A program made the translations under genes and the position numbers. From Bigelowiella natans CCMP2755 (taxonomy: Eukaryota; Protista; Cercozoa), in assembly GCA_000320545.1 (NCBI GenBank), contig ADNK01002591.1, positions 8,643 through 72,642 on the forward strand: a stretch of 64,000 bases of DNA, read 5' to 3'. The stretch's first letter is position 1, and the number at the start of each line of letters is the position of its first letter. This document shows, one piece after another, positions 26,680 to 38,265 of this stretch. The notes beneath the pieces are model-generated. The model saw only the letters and a list, made by a program, of their open reading frames with translations, was not told where the DNA came from and ran no database searches.

Positions 26680-27545
26680 GGAATTGCAAAGTTACTTCGA
26701 TCGTTAATTACCTCTCCCATTAGAACCAGATGCAGCAGGAGCAGCAGCGCATGCTAACTGTTTCACTGCTTTCACCCATCACCATCATCAACGTCCTAGA
26801 ATGTGAATAAAATTATTTCACTGCTAAACAATGTAACATGATGCACATAGCCACGCATGTATGTGTTCGGACGTTTCGACCTGCGAGTTGCGAGCTAGAT
26901 CCAGTGAACGTATCAATGTGAATCCCCGCACCATGTCAGCATGCCCATTTTCTCAAATGCCAAAAATGATGAACAAAACGTGGTGAGCGCTGTATTGATG
27001 CAGCTGCCGTCTCTAGATGTAAATCTTTACTCATGTAGCCAAATGACAAATTTCATGCAAATTTAGGCGGTGTCGCGCACGCTCTAGATGTCGCAGTAGT
27101 ACTATCTAGCTATAGAGTGTAGTGCATAAAAATTGTTTTCTCGCGCGATGCATATAGCCACACACACAGAGCATGCGCGACCATATATGGACGACGCACA
27201 ATCTGCATGTCGATCATGCAAGAGTCAAGAATGGCGCTGTCTAGCTGTGATGCATTTACACGCACATGTGTGCAGCAGCACGTCGCGTACTGTACTCTAC
27301 TAGTCCATAGTGCTGAGATGCTTGCGCGGAGTGCACATGCGTGTCCAATAACGTACACGTACACGCGAAGTCGTACGTGGTGTCGCATCGCCATCATTGA
27401 TTCGCCGTGTGCTCCATGTGCAAATAATGATGTTGGAAGCTGCAAATGTGTGAAGACGATGCAGAAGCTTACACAATATGTCAAAATACAGCTAGACAGA
27501 TTACAGACTTCGCAATGTAAATGTTTACTCTAACAATAATCTTTC

Positions 27546-28529
27546 TCAAAGTCTGTGAGAAGATATTTCTGATTTTCTGGAGATAGTGCCATCCGAAAAC
27601 AAATTTATTGATGGCTTAGAGAAATCTTCAAAAGTCCAATGCGTAATTTCCAGATTGTCGATGTGATAAACAGGGTTTCCACGGAAATATCGGGTAGGAT
27701 CTAGGTCTTTGAACAAAGTTATGGTTTGATTTTCCGCTGCAAATTGTTCTCCGTCTCCGAACAAGTGTCGAAATGAGACCCGTTTCACTCCCATCTCAAT
27801 ACATCTATCAATATATTGATCTAAATCTGGAATGTTTTCGCTTGTAAGTACACATGAGAGTTTAATAGGAATTTGAGAATATTGCATAAGAAATTTTATG
27901 TTCGGCATCGTTTTAACTCCATGCAGAGATTTGAACTTCGCAGGATCGAAGGTGTTGACTGAGACTGTACATGTATCGTACTTATTTAATAGATCTATCT
28001 TTTTCTGGGCCAAAAGTCCGTTTGTATGGAGAGAAATGTGGCAACCAGGGATTTCTAAGCGTAAAATTTCAAGCAAGTCTCCTTCGTATTTGTACAGCTG
28101 AGGATCCGTGCGAGTACCCGTAAGAATAATCTTCTTGGTTCCAGATTCGTTCATTAGTTTCACAAATTTACCAAAGTTTTTTATGTTGCTTGGAACAGTT
28201 TTTAGATTGGTTGGTGTCAGCCATTTCGGCAGCTGCTTCCCAATACAAAAGGGACATTTTTGATTACACGGGCCACCGAAAAGTATGTTTCCAAACTCGT
28301 AGCGAGTTTCCTGTAATGGTATTTGCTCCTGCCTTTGGATACTAGAAAACGAGAATTTTTTACAGTTTCTAGGGAGGGAGGCCTTTCTGTAGATGATCCT
28401 ACCTAGTGGAGTGAGAGAGGTGAAGGTGTACATGCTGATTTTCGGCAGCAAATTCCCAGAACGGTAGTCCTCCTCGGAGCCGGAGAAGAAAAGAAAAGCC
28501 GACAAAGTGAGAAACGATCTGTATCTCAT
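27546..28529 (-). CDS. Radical SAM enzyme of unknown function, intronless, with N-terminal extension
   Basis: CxxxCxxC motif (GGPCNQKCPFCIG), LTGTRTDPQL (GGEP-like), ISLHTNG and VSVNT. The true start may be the downstream Met of MYTFTSLTPLGRIIYRK, a basic and hydroxylated presequence-like stretch. Confidence 0.85.
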   Translation of the reverse strand: MRYRSFLTLSAFLFFSGSEEDYRSGNLLPKISMYTFTSLTPLGRIIYRKASLPRNCKKFSFSSIQRQEQIPLQETRYEFGNILFGGPCNQKCPFCIGKQLPKWLTPTNLKTVPSNIKNFGKFVKLMNESGTKKIILTGTRTDPQLYKYEGDLLEILRLEIPGCHISLHTNGLLAQKKIDLLNKYDTCTVSVNTFDPAKFKSLHGVKTMPNIKFLMQYSQIPIKLSCVLTSENIPDLDQYIDRCIEMGVKRVSFRHLFGDGEQFAAENQTITLFKDLDPTRYFRGNPVYHIDNLEITHWTFEDFSKPSINLFSDGTISRKSEISSHRL

Positions 28530-28665
28530 TAATTTGGATCAATTAAGGTTGTCGCATTGAAAAATTGGATCTAGTAAGGACCGCATGTTCAAATCTATTT
28601 GAACGAACAAAATTCTTAAAATATTGAACTGACCCCACATGAAAGTTCCGCGAGCATTCTGACGA

Positions 28666-30279
28666 ATGCAGATCAACGGGGGGGTTTCTCAAATGTTCAG
28701 AGCTACAGCTACCCAATGGAAATCACATGGAGAAAGGATGGTGCGACGGTTGCTGCTCTCAACGAAGGCCATTCCTAATGAAATGCTAGGAGAAAAGTGG
28801 GCAACCCCCACGCTTGAGGATTCGGCTCGATGTTCAGCAAAGGATGTATTTGAAGCTGGTGTACGACATCACCACACCGCCAACACAGCTTATCCTATAG
28901 CCCACCAAATTACAACAATGCCATACCGAGTACGTCGTACCCCATCATAGAACGAGATGAAGGAGGTGTTGGTCTCCGCATATGGACATCTGGATGAAAT
29001 GATGCTTTACGTACATGTTCCTTTCTGTGCACAAAGATGCCAATTTTGTGAGTATACGGTTGTAGATCCTAAAAACGGAAAACAGGATACAGTACAAGAT
29101 CGCTACTTTGATGCTCTGCTGAATGAATTCGAACTGTATGATGAATTGCTCGACACAAACTCCAAGAAACTTGCTGGATTTGATATCGGTGGCGGAACTC
29201 CATCAATGGCAAGCATCGCGAACATTGCACGAGTGATGGATAAGGCACATCAGTGCTTTGATATCGAGTTGAAGAATATGAATATATCTATCGAAACAAC
29301 CCCAAAAATTGCTGCTCATGATCCAGACAAAATCAAAGCATACTTCGATATGGGAATTCGAAGAATAAGCATGGGAGTGCAAACAACAGATTTTGCACTT
29401 TCAGAAAAACTTGGTCGGCATGATATTGACTATATTAGAAAAGCTCGGGATAACATAAGGGGTGCTGGGTTTGAATCGTTTAATGTTGACCTGATGTACG
29501 GGTTTCCACTCCGTGACGGCGCAAACGACAAATGGGCTGATACCGTCGAATCTACAATCAACATAATCCAGCCAGATCATATCACCTTGTATAGAATGAG
29601 ATATAAAGGCACTAAGATGGCTCATCTTCAGGAGCGTGTTGGATTGCAACAAATAAATTCTCAAGGTGACAGAGCGGTGCGGATTCTTGATGAGGCCGGA
29701 TACAGAGGTTGGGTTGGGAAAAACACGTTCTCAAGGCTACTTGGAGATTCTGGATGCTCCGATTATTTAGACAAACGTGTAGTCGCAGGAATTCCGTACA
29801 TCGGTTTAGGGCTTGGTGCGCAATCGTTCTCGCACAGTACTCTAGCCTACAATCTAGGGGGTGTGACAAAGCGAATGGAGCAATACCTTAAATCAATCCA
29901 ACTTGGAAGGATTCCTATTCAGGATTTATATCACCTCTCATTACCCAGTGCGATGGGGAAATTTTGTAGTGTTTCTTTCTACTTTGGAAGTATTAATTTA
30001 ATGCACTTTCAGAATAATTTTGGAATTCTTTTGGAAGAAGCCTTTCCTGAAGAAGTTGAATTTGTTCTAGAAAAGGGACTCATGAAATACGTGGAAGATC
30101 GTTTAGCTTTGACAAAGAAAGGAAAGGCCCATATCTCCGGTGTAATATCTCTTTTTTATGCTCCACATGTGCAGAAGTACTTAATTCAGGGTCAAGGCCA
30201 TGAAGACCAAATTGACCCACGACGAGATCACCCATTCACCGTTCTCAAAGGAGCTTCAGGTCATTCTGAAAGAATTTGA
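28666..30279 (+). CDS. HemN/HemW-like (class C-type) radical SAM protein, interrupted by an in-frame TAG within a candidate 21-nt intron (28930-28950)
   Basis: Motifs LYVHVPFCAQRCQFCEY, DIGGGTPS, GIRRISMGVQT, NVDLMYGFP, PDHITLY and YIGLGLGAQS. ORFs 28666-28950 and 28957-30279 are in the same frame, separated by one TAG. The N-terminus MFRATATQWKSHGERMVRRLLLST looks like a presequence. Confidence 0.88.
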
Positions 30280-30289
30280 GGCTCACAAC

Positions 30290-31110
30290 CTGTTAGAAGT
30301 TGGTCAGCTAATGGCACGGAGTGCAGGGCAGATTGCGCTGTGGGCTGGCAGGTTGCGGAGGAGGGGCAAGCAGTGGTTTGGATTCTGTGATGATGACGAC
30401 ATGGTGTTTCATGCATGCTGCACAATGTCAAGACTCATCAAGGCGAAATTGCCTGAACAAACATGTGCGCCGGCAGCGCTGAACTTTGATGGGGGCGAAA
30501 CAGCCCATCGACTCATGAGAGGTTAGCTCTCATTGGTCAGCAGCCACTGCACGCATTGTCGCGGCAGTTCATCGAAGTCGCACATTGCACTTCGGCTGCA
30601 TTCTCAACTACGTGCACGTTGCTTGTCGCAGCCAATGAACGCCCGCAGATTGCTCTGGCGTTGCTGCTGCTGGTGCAAGCATGCACTGCGTGGTCTGGAT
30701 GCAAAGCATTCCAACAGAGCGCAAACGATCCAAAAGAGATCCTAGGCCAGCTCTGAGCAAAGATTGGGCTTGGCAAGGAAATTGGGTTTTCAGACTCCAC
30801 ATGAAAGTCAAGGTCGCGCTCAGTGCCATGTGCAATGCGTCATCACGATGCTCTTGTTGTGGTCTGTCCGCCTTTTGTCCGTCTCGTTTCAAGGCTAGGT
30901 TGGCTGCAGTGCGCTGCTCGTTCACATTGCATCAGTGTACATGCTGGCATGGCATGAGCAAGTTGCGACTTGCCGACTGCTAGCTTTGCAAAGGCAACAT
31001 GCACCACGCTAGCACGCCCACCGGCTGCGAGTGCGCACGTGCGGTGCCTCGTGCTCGCTCAGGGCACATCTGTCTGGTCGGGCAGACGGCAACATGCTAG
31101 CATGGGCGCA
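30290..31110. other. TpA-depleted intergenic island between convergent genes
   Basis: 9 TA in 30301-31100 by hand count, 8 in CTA or TAG context. Overlapping Cys/His-rich, Tyr-free ORFs lie on both strands. Confidence 0.85.
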
Positions 31111-31242
31111 CATAATTCGATTCTCAAGTGTGGCTAAGCATGGTTGCGATGCAATGTCATTTGTTCAAATCTGTATATCTGAGCACGTTTGCACAACGTG
31201 CCATAGTGCCTCGCTGGTTGGAGAAGCGGCTCGCAGCCGTCG

Positions 31243-34200
31243 TCACGTGTCATTCGGTATGCGAAGGTTCCTCACACGGCTTCTGCCGATTGGAACCATT
31301 ACGTCTCTCCCAGGTAGAGCTGCAGTCGACATTGATGATGTTGATGATGATTTGGAGGATGATGCATCGAAACTCCAGTGTAGATCCATCAGTGACTCAT
31401 TCGAAGTCTTGAGCCACTCGACAAGCATTCTCGAAGGAAGAGGTGCGAGGGAGGCCTCAAGTTCTAGGAAGCTGTCGCCATGCCTCTTGCTCACCGACAC
31501 TTGACCTGACTTCTCGAAGGCGGAGATTGGCTGTTCCAGATCAAGAAACGTGACATCATCCCCAACGCCGACGACGAGACGCAGTCTCAACTTGTTCTTC
31601 ATTTGTTCTAACTCTTCGTACGCGCGCTTGGAAATAGACTGCCTCGAAGTTTCGAAGAATTTACTCCCCTTCCCATTCTCATTCGTGGAAGAATCGAAGG
31701 TAGTTTCAGTCTCGAGCATGGATGATGAGGAAGCTGCGGAACCGCGCTTACTTTTCTTTTCTTTGTCGACGCGGAACTTTTGCGCCGTATTTCGAACGGC
31801 AGATTCTTGTTTGGCTTTAGCTTCTAGATCTCTTTTTCTCGTCACAGCCGCCCACTTATGGATCGCTTCCGCAGCGTAGCAAGCCGCTGAACTTGCTGCC
31901 ATAACGATTGACGGTGACGCTAATAACGATGATGATGATGACTGGCTCAAGGTATCCGAGATTTGGCCGTTTGCAAACTTAAACCCTCTCCTCAAGTTTG
32001 TACTGCTAGTATCTTCTTTTCTGTGCCCTGGTTGCTTGTGTTGCTTCTGATCAGAAGAGCATTCTGCTGCTCCTTCGATGTGTAGCTTCTGCAATCCTCT
32101 GTTCGGTACATTACGGTTCACCACAGTCACGTCGCTACCGTGCGTTTTTGTATCGTGGCGACCACCACCACCACCACTACTATTTCCACTCGTGATGTCT
32201 ACAATTTCCATATTGGCGTCATCGTCGATTTTCGTTGTCATTTGTGTTAGCTTCTTGATCACTCCCCCACTTCCCGCCTCTCCTTCAGGCTTCCTGTCTT
32301 CTTTTTCTGCTACTGAAGATGCTAGTTGTGACGTTGAATCCTTCGCAGGCTCAAAAACAGCTGAGCATTTCTCTTTAATCTCTCTTGCTGATGAGAGCAC
32401 ATGGTACGAAGTGAGCTTTGCAATGAACTTTTGCGTTCTTTCGGAGGAGGCAGCGTCTTTTCGTGCCGATGTGTAAGAGTTGAAGTTTTTTGTTTTCCCC
32501 ACGGGTGAGGAAGCAGCCGGTGCGTTGGTGCCACCCCCTCGACCCATTCTTCCTCCTCCTTCTGCTGCCATTCTACCACAGCCATTTCTCACACTGTCGT
32601 CCGCTCGTAGTGCTAGGGAGAAAGCAAGGCAGAGCTGTCCTTTCTGCAGACGATGCCGGTTTTGACTAACCCACTCTTCGGGGCAGGAAGGGTCCGGAAA
32701 CTTAGAGGTAAGGTTTGAGGCACGATTACAGTCGTCATCGCTGGTAATCCCGACCCTGTTGTTTTTAATCTTCACCTTTCTCTTCCTGGTCGTCCCTTCT
32801 GCATCATTAACGCTTGTGTCCACATGATTATTGCTCCTATCGCTTTCCATAGATAACTGTGAACCCTTCTTTCCGTCGGCTTTCGACACCAAAGACGCCA
32901 GAGAAGGCGAGGAAGGCCGCGATTCCACACCATCAGTTGATTTGGATCTTTCCAATGAACGATAGGTTGTTAGTACGACGCGCTCAAGCTCTGTAAGTGA
33001 GAAGGATGGTATTAAGGCTGACGATGATTGTGATGACGTGGATGTGAACCCTGATGATGATGATGACTGCTCCGAGGAGGAAGTTGCCCGTGCTGCCATT
33101 CTTGCCGTCGTCAGAGGGGGTTCCGACCAATGACCCCAGATCTCATGCACCATGTGCCGTAGAGGAGAACGATTCTGCAGCTTCACATTGCTCATCACGA
33201 ACCGCCACTTAGATCCTCCCTTCCTCCTCCTTGTACTAGCTGCTCCAGCAGCGGCAGCTGTTGTTACCGGTGCCGTCGGGAAAATTGCAGCACCCGTAGT
33301 GCGAATACTACCACTGCGAAGATCGCTAGTGCGAAGACCGTTATTATTGTACACGAAGGAGTGAGAAGAAGCAGTTAAGGACGGTCTCAAGTCCATTAAT
33401 TCTAGGAATCTAGCCAATCCAGTCAACTTACGGTTCAAGGTGGAAAATTGACGGTTACGAGCCCCAACATCTACTGCTTCCATCGCTTGTTTCCTTTCCA
33501 CATACGCGCCATCTTTGCTCCCAAATGGTGGTACAGGCGTGCTGGTGAAGTTAGAATTTGCGAGACGAAACGCTGAATAAGAACGCATCCTCCGAGTAGA
33601 GCCGAACGTATTTGACTTCAAACGACGTGCCGCCATCTCGGGAGGACTATTTCTTTTGGATTGTAATTGACGAATCGTTGGCTGTTGACCCGTTTCCACA
33701 CCTCTACTTCGTCCAAACTCTTCTTTCAAATCTGGGAATGATTTGCGGAACTGTGTCAACTCTATTTGTGTCTGGAAACCCCTCTGAGAAGAACCAGCAT
33801 TCCTCCCTAAAGTTTTGAGCGTAGAACTTTGGACGCGAAATCTGGACGAAGGCACAGATCTAGCTCGTACAAAAGACGGTGCAGAATGCTGCGAAGGAGA
33901 AGAAGAAGATGAAAATGGCGATGTAGCTCTATGGCTTGTGTGTGCAGGTGAGAAATACTGGGCAAAACGCTGCTGAGGAGTTGGAGGTTTTGGCGGCGAT
34001 GAAAATCCCTCACTAGAAGTATTTGGGTGAATTTTGTCCCCTCTTTCCTCTGAATCTAGATCGCTCTCAGAAATGTAAGGTTTTACAGTTTGCTGCTTCG
34101 CTACTCCATTCATACGGGTTGGAAAGGCGCCTGGTGACGCCCTGGGCACTGGGGAAGGTCGAGTGGGATCTGAAAGTGACAATGTTTCAGAAACAGCAGA

Positions 34201-34257
34201 CAATGTTTCAAAGAACCACATCACAACAAAGAGCTTCCCAGAGAATTTGAAAAACAT
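31243..34257 (-). CDS. Uncharacterised Ser-rich, low-complexity, probably disordered protein (~1000 aa); likely has further 5' exon(s)
   Basis: 1004-codon open frame with no recognisable domain. A likely acceptor near 34170 (ttttcag-like, followed by DPTRP) suggests the listed ATG is intronic. Confidence 0.7.
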   Translation of the reverse strand: MFFKFSGKLFVVMWFFETLSAVSETLSLSDPTRPSPVPRASPGAFPTRMNGVAKQQTVKPYISESDLDSEERGDKIHPNTSSEGFSSPPKPPTPQQRFAQYFSPAHTSHRATSPFSSSSSPSQHSAPSFVRARSVPSSRFRVQSSTLKTLGRNAGSSQRGFQTQIELTQFRKSFPDLKEEFGRSRGVETGQQPTIRQLQSKRNSPPEMAARRLKSNTFGSTRRMRSYSAFRLANSNFTSTPVPPFGSKDGAYVERKQAMEAVDVGARNRQFSTLNRKLTGLARFLELMDLRPSLTASSHSFVYNNNGLRTSDLRSGSIRTTGAAIFPTAPVTTAAAAGAASTRRRKGGSKWRFVMSNVKLQNRSPLRHMVHEIWGHWSEPPLTTARMAARATSSSEQSSSSSGFTSTSSQSSSALIPSFSLTELERVVLTTYRSLERSKSTDGVESRPSSPSLASLVSKADGKKGSQLSMESDRSNNHVDTSVNDAEGTTRKRKVKIKNNRVGITSDDDCNRASNLTSKFPDPSCPEEWVSQNRHRLQKGQLCLAFSLALRADDSVRNGCGRMAAEGGGRMGRGGGTNAPAASSPVGKTKNFNSYTSARKDAASSERTQKFIAKLTSYHVLSSAREIKEKCSAVFEPAKDSTSQLASSVAEKEDRKPEGEAGSGGVIKKLTQMTTKIDDDANMEIVDITSGNSSGGGGGRHDTKTHGSDVTVVNRNVPNRGLQKLHIEGAAECSSDQKQHKQPGHRKEDTSSTNLRRGFKFANGQISDTLSQSSSSSLLASPSIVMAASSAACYAAEAIHKWAAVTRKRDLEAKAKQESAVRNTAQKFRVDKEKKSKRGSAASSSSMLETETTFDSSTNENGKGSKFFETSRQSISKRAYEELEQMKNKLRLRLVVGVGDDVTFLDLEQPISAFEKSGQVSVSKRHGDSFLELEASLAPLPSRMLVEWLKTSNESLMDLHWSFDASSSKSSSTSSMSTAALPGRDVMVPIGRSRVRNLRIPNDT

Positions 34258-35402
34258 TCATACTCATACAAGCCCGGTCCACTGTTGTTCCGCCTCCAAC
34301 ACCGCTTCCACTGCTTCCATCACCGTCACTTCCATGATTCATAGCCACCTAGATCTACGGGCGTAGCGCCATGATTGCCATTTTTGAACTAGTTCTGGAA
34401 GAGTTGTCGTAGGTAGAATTTCCTGGTACATTCACCAGTGTCGCTGCATGCAGCTTTCAAAAAAGCTGGTCGATACCTGTACATGTACATAAATTTCATG
34501 TCCGATCTTTCTTTGTCAGAAGTTTCAATAAAATTTTCCTCCTGCGACATGTGTGTTTCTGGAATAATCCTGGAAAAATCCCCAATCTCGTTGGTCTTCG
34601 ATGTTTGTCCGGGTCGTATGAGCTTCGTACCCTTTTCTTTTGTGGAAGAGAACATCGGGAATATCCGGGAATTTCTTTCAATAATGAATTTATACGGGTA
34701 TTTTTTTTATGAGGCAACATAAACCTCTCTATTTCCAGGAGAATGTACATATCTTGTGGGATCCAACTACCGCTGGATTTGGCTTCCATTGTCGCACAAG
34801 CCGAATGTAGGGGCACAAAAAGTAGAAATTTTAGATCGAGTCGTTGGTGAAAATTTATGAGAAAGATCTCTGAGCGTTGTCGTTATGCTGTAATCATAAT
34901 GCATTTAGTTTTCATTTAGTTATTTCGTGCTTCCGGAGGCCTGGAAATAAATCTGAAATATGGCAGACACCTACAAAAACCACGCGCCCAGTTGCCGACA
35001 GGTTTGAGCCACCCCACCCTCCAGTTAATATCTGTCCTTCTGCAAGCACACCATTCAATTGCCTCTGCCACATGTGAAATCTTAAAAGTCGTGATAGATT
35101 ATAGATTGTAGTAAGATTGGTGGTACCCGTGTGTAGTCAGGCGGTGTAACTGAATTACGTCATGCATCACCGGAGCAGTGTTGTTACACCGCAGGGTTGA
35201 CAAACAGATTTTTAGGGCAATTTGTATGCCATCAACAAACACTAAGCCGTTAAGCCTACTTGTTTACCCTACTCTGCTGAATCGTATTGCATTGGCGCCA
35301 CGGATTCTCTGAATTGATGATACAGTGCGGAGATAACCAAAGGCTTGGCCCAAGATTTGCATTTTCCGTCATAATATGCATCACCTTCCACTTATTCAGG
35401 AA

Positions 35403-36894
35403 ATGGCGAGCAAGAGCGCAGACGACACAAAAACAACAAGCAAATTGCTTGGGGTAACAACCATTTTGACTATCTTTATCTCTTGCTTGCTACGTGCGCG
35501 CGTATGTGTGTTTGTGTGTTATTGTTACTGTTCATAATTCGCTCGTAATAGGTCAATTTACCGAGGTTAATTTTCCACTTATACATATTTTAGCTTATAC
35601 GTGAATATAATGAGTGTGAAGTATCATGTAACCAAGTAGTTACCTGAGTGTGATACCTTCTGGTGTGCTATCTAGCTCAAGCAAGATGACTATGAAGTCC
35701 TTGTTATGGCTGCGAGTGCCATTGGACTTTCCATTCTCTACAACCTTCTGCAAGAGAGGTAGCATACCTTCCTTCTATTTGTGCATAATACTAATGTCAG
35801 TGCACTCACTCATTATGTGCTCTTCCTTCTATTCTACAGTATGTTCACTTCTGATGCGAAGAAGTACACTGGTATGATTACCATGATGACATCTCTCGTG
35901 TACGCTGTGCTAGCGTTCTTCGAGTTCAAACACGAGCTAGTCTCGCATGCAAAAACCAAAGCAGCTCATGGAGGTGATGAGGGCACAACAGTGAAAACAG
36001 GTGTCCTGGAGAACATGAAAGGTATTAACGCCATACGGAATCTAACGTCTGACGAACATGCTTAGACCTCGAGAAGACAGATGAATCTTCGGGATTGACC
36101 TTGCATCGTTGTTCAAAACCAATTTGTCGATGAAGGTACCGCGTTCGATTATGCGAGACTTGGAACTCTCACGGCTGCGGGAATGTACTTCACGAACTGG
36201 TAGTAAAACACCATGATAACCAAGTGATGATTTTGGTGACGAAGCTAAAGAAGAATAGGAATCGCCAAACCTGGCCACACCTAAGTACTACACCTTATCT
36301 TCTTTTCCGTTTCTTCTCATTCATAGGTCTCTTCAGTACCTCAACTACACCCTCCGCGTGCTCTTCAAAGCATCCAAAATCCTCCCAACTGTCTTGGTGC
36401 GTGGGAGAAGGCCGAGGAACATCATCCGAAACAAAACAATTTTACACATTCATCGATATTATATATTATAAGTACACTTTAAAAAATTTCAGAACTGAAA
36501 CATCCCCTCTTCGATATAAACAATAATTTCATTGTTTGCCATGTACGCTAGATTGCTGTCATGTTCTACAAGAAGAAGTTCAGCGTGGCTGAGTACGTCA
36601 ACATCCTCGTCCTCGTCGCTTCCATCGTACTGTTTTCCTACGGAGATGCTGTTGGAAAAGGTGCGCTCTTGTTCTGCTTTAAATCTGTTTGCGCTCTCTT
36701 TGCTTCTCAACACCCTGTACCGATTTTTTGCCTTGAGATGTGAAGAGAATGATTGTGCCTCTCACCCCGCAGGAAAAACTGATAACGCCTCGTTCGACAT
36801 CTTCGGAATCGCCCTTATCACCGTTGGTGTCATCGCGGATGCTCTGACTTCTAACTTTGAGGTATGACGGAGAATGCGTATGTGGTGGGTGATT

Positions 36895-36934
<40 letters not shown>

Positions 36935-36965
36935 CAGTCTGCTCTGGGACGGAATCGATTACCAT

Positions 36966-37001
<36 letters not shown>

Positions 37002-37214
37002 GTGATGGTGATGGTGGTGGTGGTGATATCATGATTATGAGAATAAATTTCTACTTTCTCTCGAATTCCAGGGCGAGCATTTGTTCAAGACACGAAAAGC
37101 ATCCCACTCAGAAGTTATGATGGCGGCCTCTCTTTTTGGCTCGCTCTACATGTTGGTACTCATGTTTATGACTGGCAAAGCTATGGACTCCTACCAATAT
37201 CTTATCGAGTAAGG

Positions 37215-37256
<42 letters not shown>

Positions 37257-37699
37257 CACTGCTATTTATAAATATTCATCATTACTGCAATCTATCTTCT
37301 TTAAGAAATCCTGACCTGGCAGTTAAAGTTGTCGTCTCCTGCTCTGCTGGATATTTCTCCATCACCTTCATTCTCAAGATAATCCAAAGGTAAGAAGAAG
37401 AAGAAGAAGAAAAAGACGACAAGTATGACGACGTGATATAGAAGACCATAATACAAATGACTATCATGTTCATAGTCTTGTGCCTGCTAATTATCTTTAT
37501 CTCTGCCGTCTTCTTTCTTCTTTTTAGAGTGGGAGCCGTAACGGCTGAGATCGTCAAATCCGTGCGTCGCGTGGTTTCGATCGTATTGTCTTTCATTATC
37601 TACTCTAAGCCTTTCCTCTCGTGGCACTTGGTAATAGTCAACTTCTTGTTGACATTCATCATTCAACTGCATGCACGTGCACACTTCCAACATATGGAC

Positions 37700-37735
<36 letters not shown>

Positions 37736-38265
37736 AAATACACAAACATCGCTCGCAGTTCCACCTGAAACAACTCCAGCTACTTCTCTTACGCCCTGAT
37801 CTTGACTAGCTTCTCTTCACCTTCTTATATCTCCTTCTGAATAGATCGGTTCTCTCTTCTTCGTCCTCTTCATATACAACACCTTCCAAGCGAAGGTTGC
37901 TAAGCAAAAGGCTAAGGATGCCGCGAAAGCTGCAAAGCAAATACAAGAGGTGTGCATGAGAAGTACAGTAGTTGTAGTAGGAGTAACCGATTCTGGTAGA
38001 TGTTTTTGTCCAGCACCTCACACGCCGTAGCAATTGGCAGCATCAGAACAATTATCATAACACTAAATGGTTCGTACATCGGGTAATCTTCAGAGGAGAC
38101 GTTGAATAATAATAAAACTAGAATCAGGGCCAAAATCTCCTCTGTGATCGGGAAGTAGCCCTTCTTGCTTGCTACGCTGAAAATTTCCTTTCAATATCAT
38201 ATAAATAGGCTGTGGACTTAGAGGTGTTCGGTAACGGAAACAAGAAGAATGGAGGTGGGCACTGA
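35403..38265 (+). CDS. UAA-family nucleotide-sugar/PAPS transporter (SLC35B-like), ~12 exons
   Basis: Spliced translation reads MASKSADD...ILYNLLQE...GMYFTNWSLQYLNYTLRVLFKASKILPTV...KKKFSVAEY...GIALITVGVIADALTSNFE...GAVTAEIVKSVRRVVSIVLSFIIYSKPF...GGGH*. GT-AG junctions are phase-consistent. The last exon (38209-38265) is tentative. Confidence 0.88.

Noticed and set aside
28948-28950. Pyrrolysine or a reassigned TAG codon
   Set aside because: TAG serves as a normal stop elsewhere (e.g. 46314-46316, 60279-60281), there are no pyl genes in view, and a 21-nt GT-AG intron explains it more simply.
27546-30279. Bacterial contamination or chimeric assembly
   Set aside because: The genes are contiguous with eukaryotic genes, have eukaryote-style N-terminal extensions and a candidate intron, and are flanked by the same type of TA-poor zones seen elsewhere. 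Read coverage should still be checked.
28957-30279. Assigning the symbol hemN
   Set aside because: The fold family is clear, but the HemN N-terminal GPRYTSYP motif is absent, so the specific function cannot be assigned.
30312-30526. Decayed glycosyltransferase relic (WFGFCDDDDMV resembles a DxD motif)
   Set aside because: A single short motif in heavily mutated sequence, which is insufficient support.
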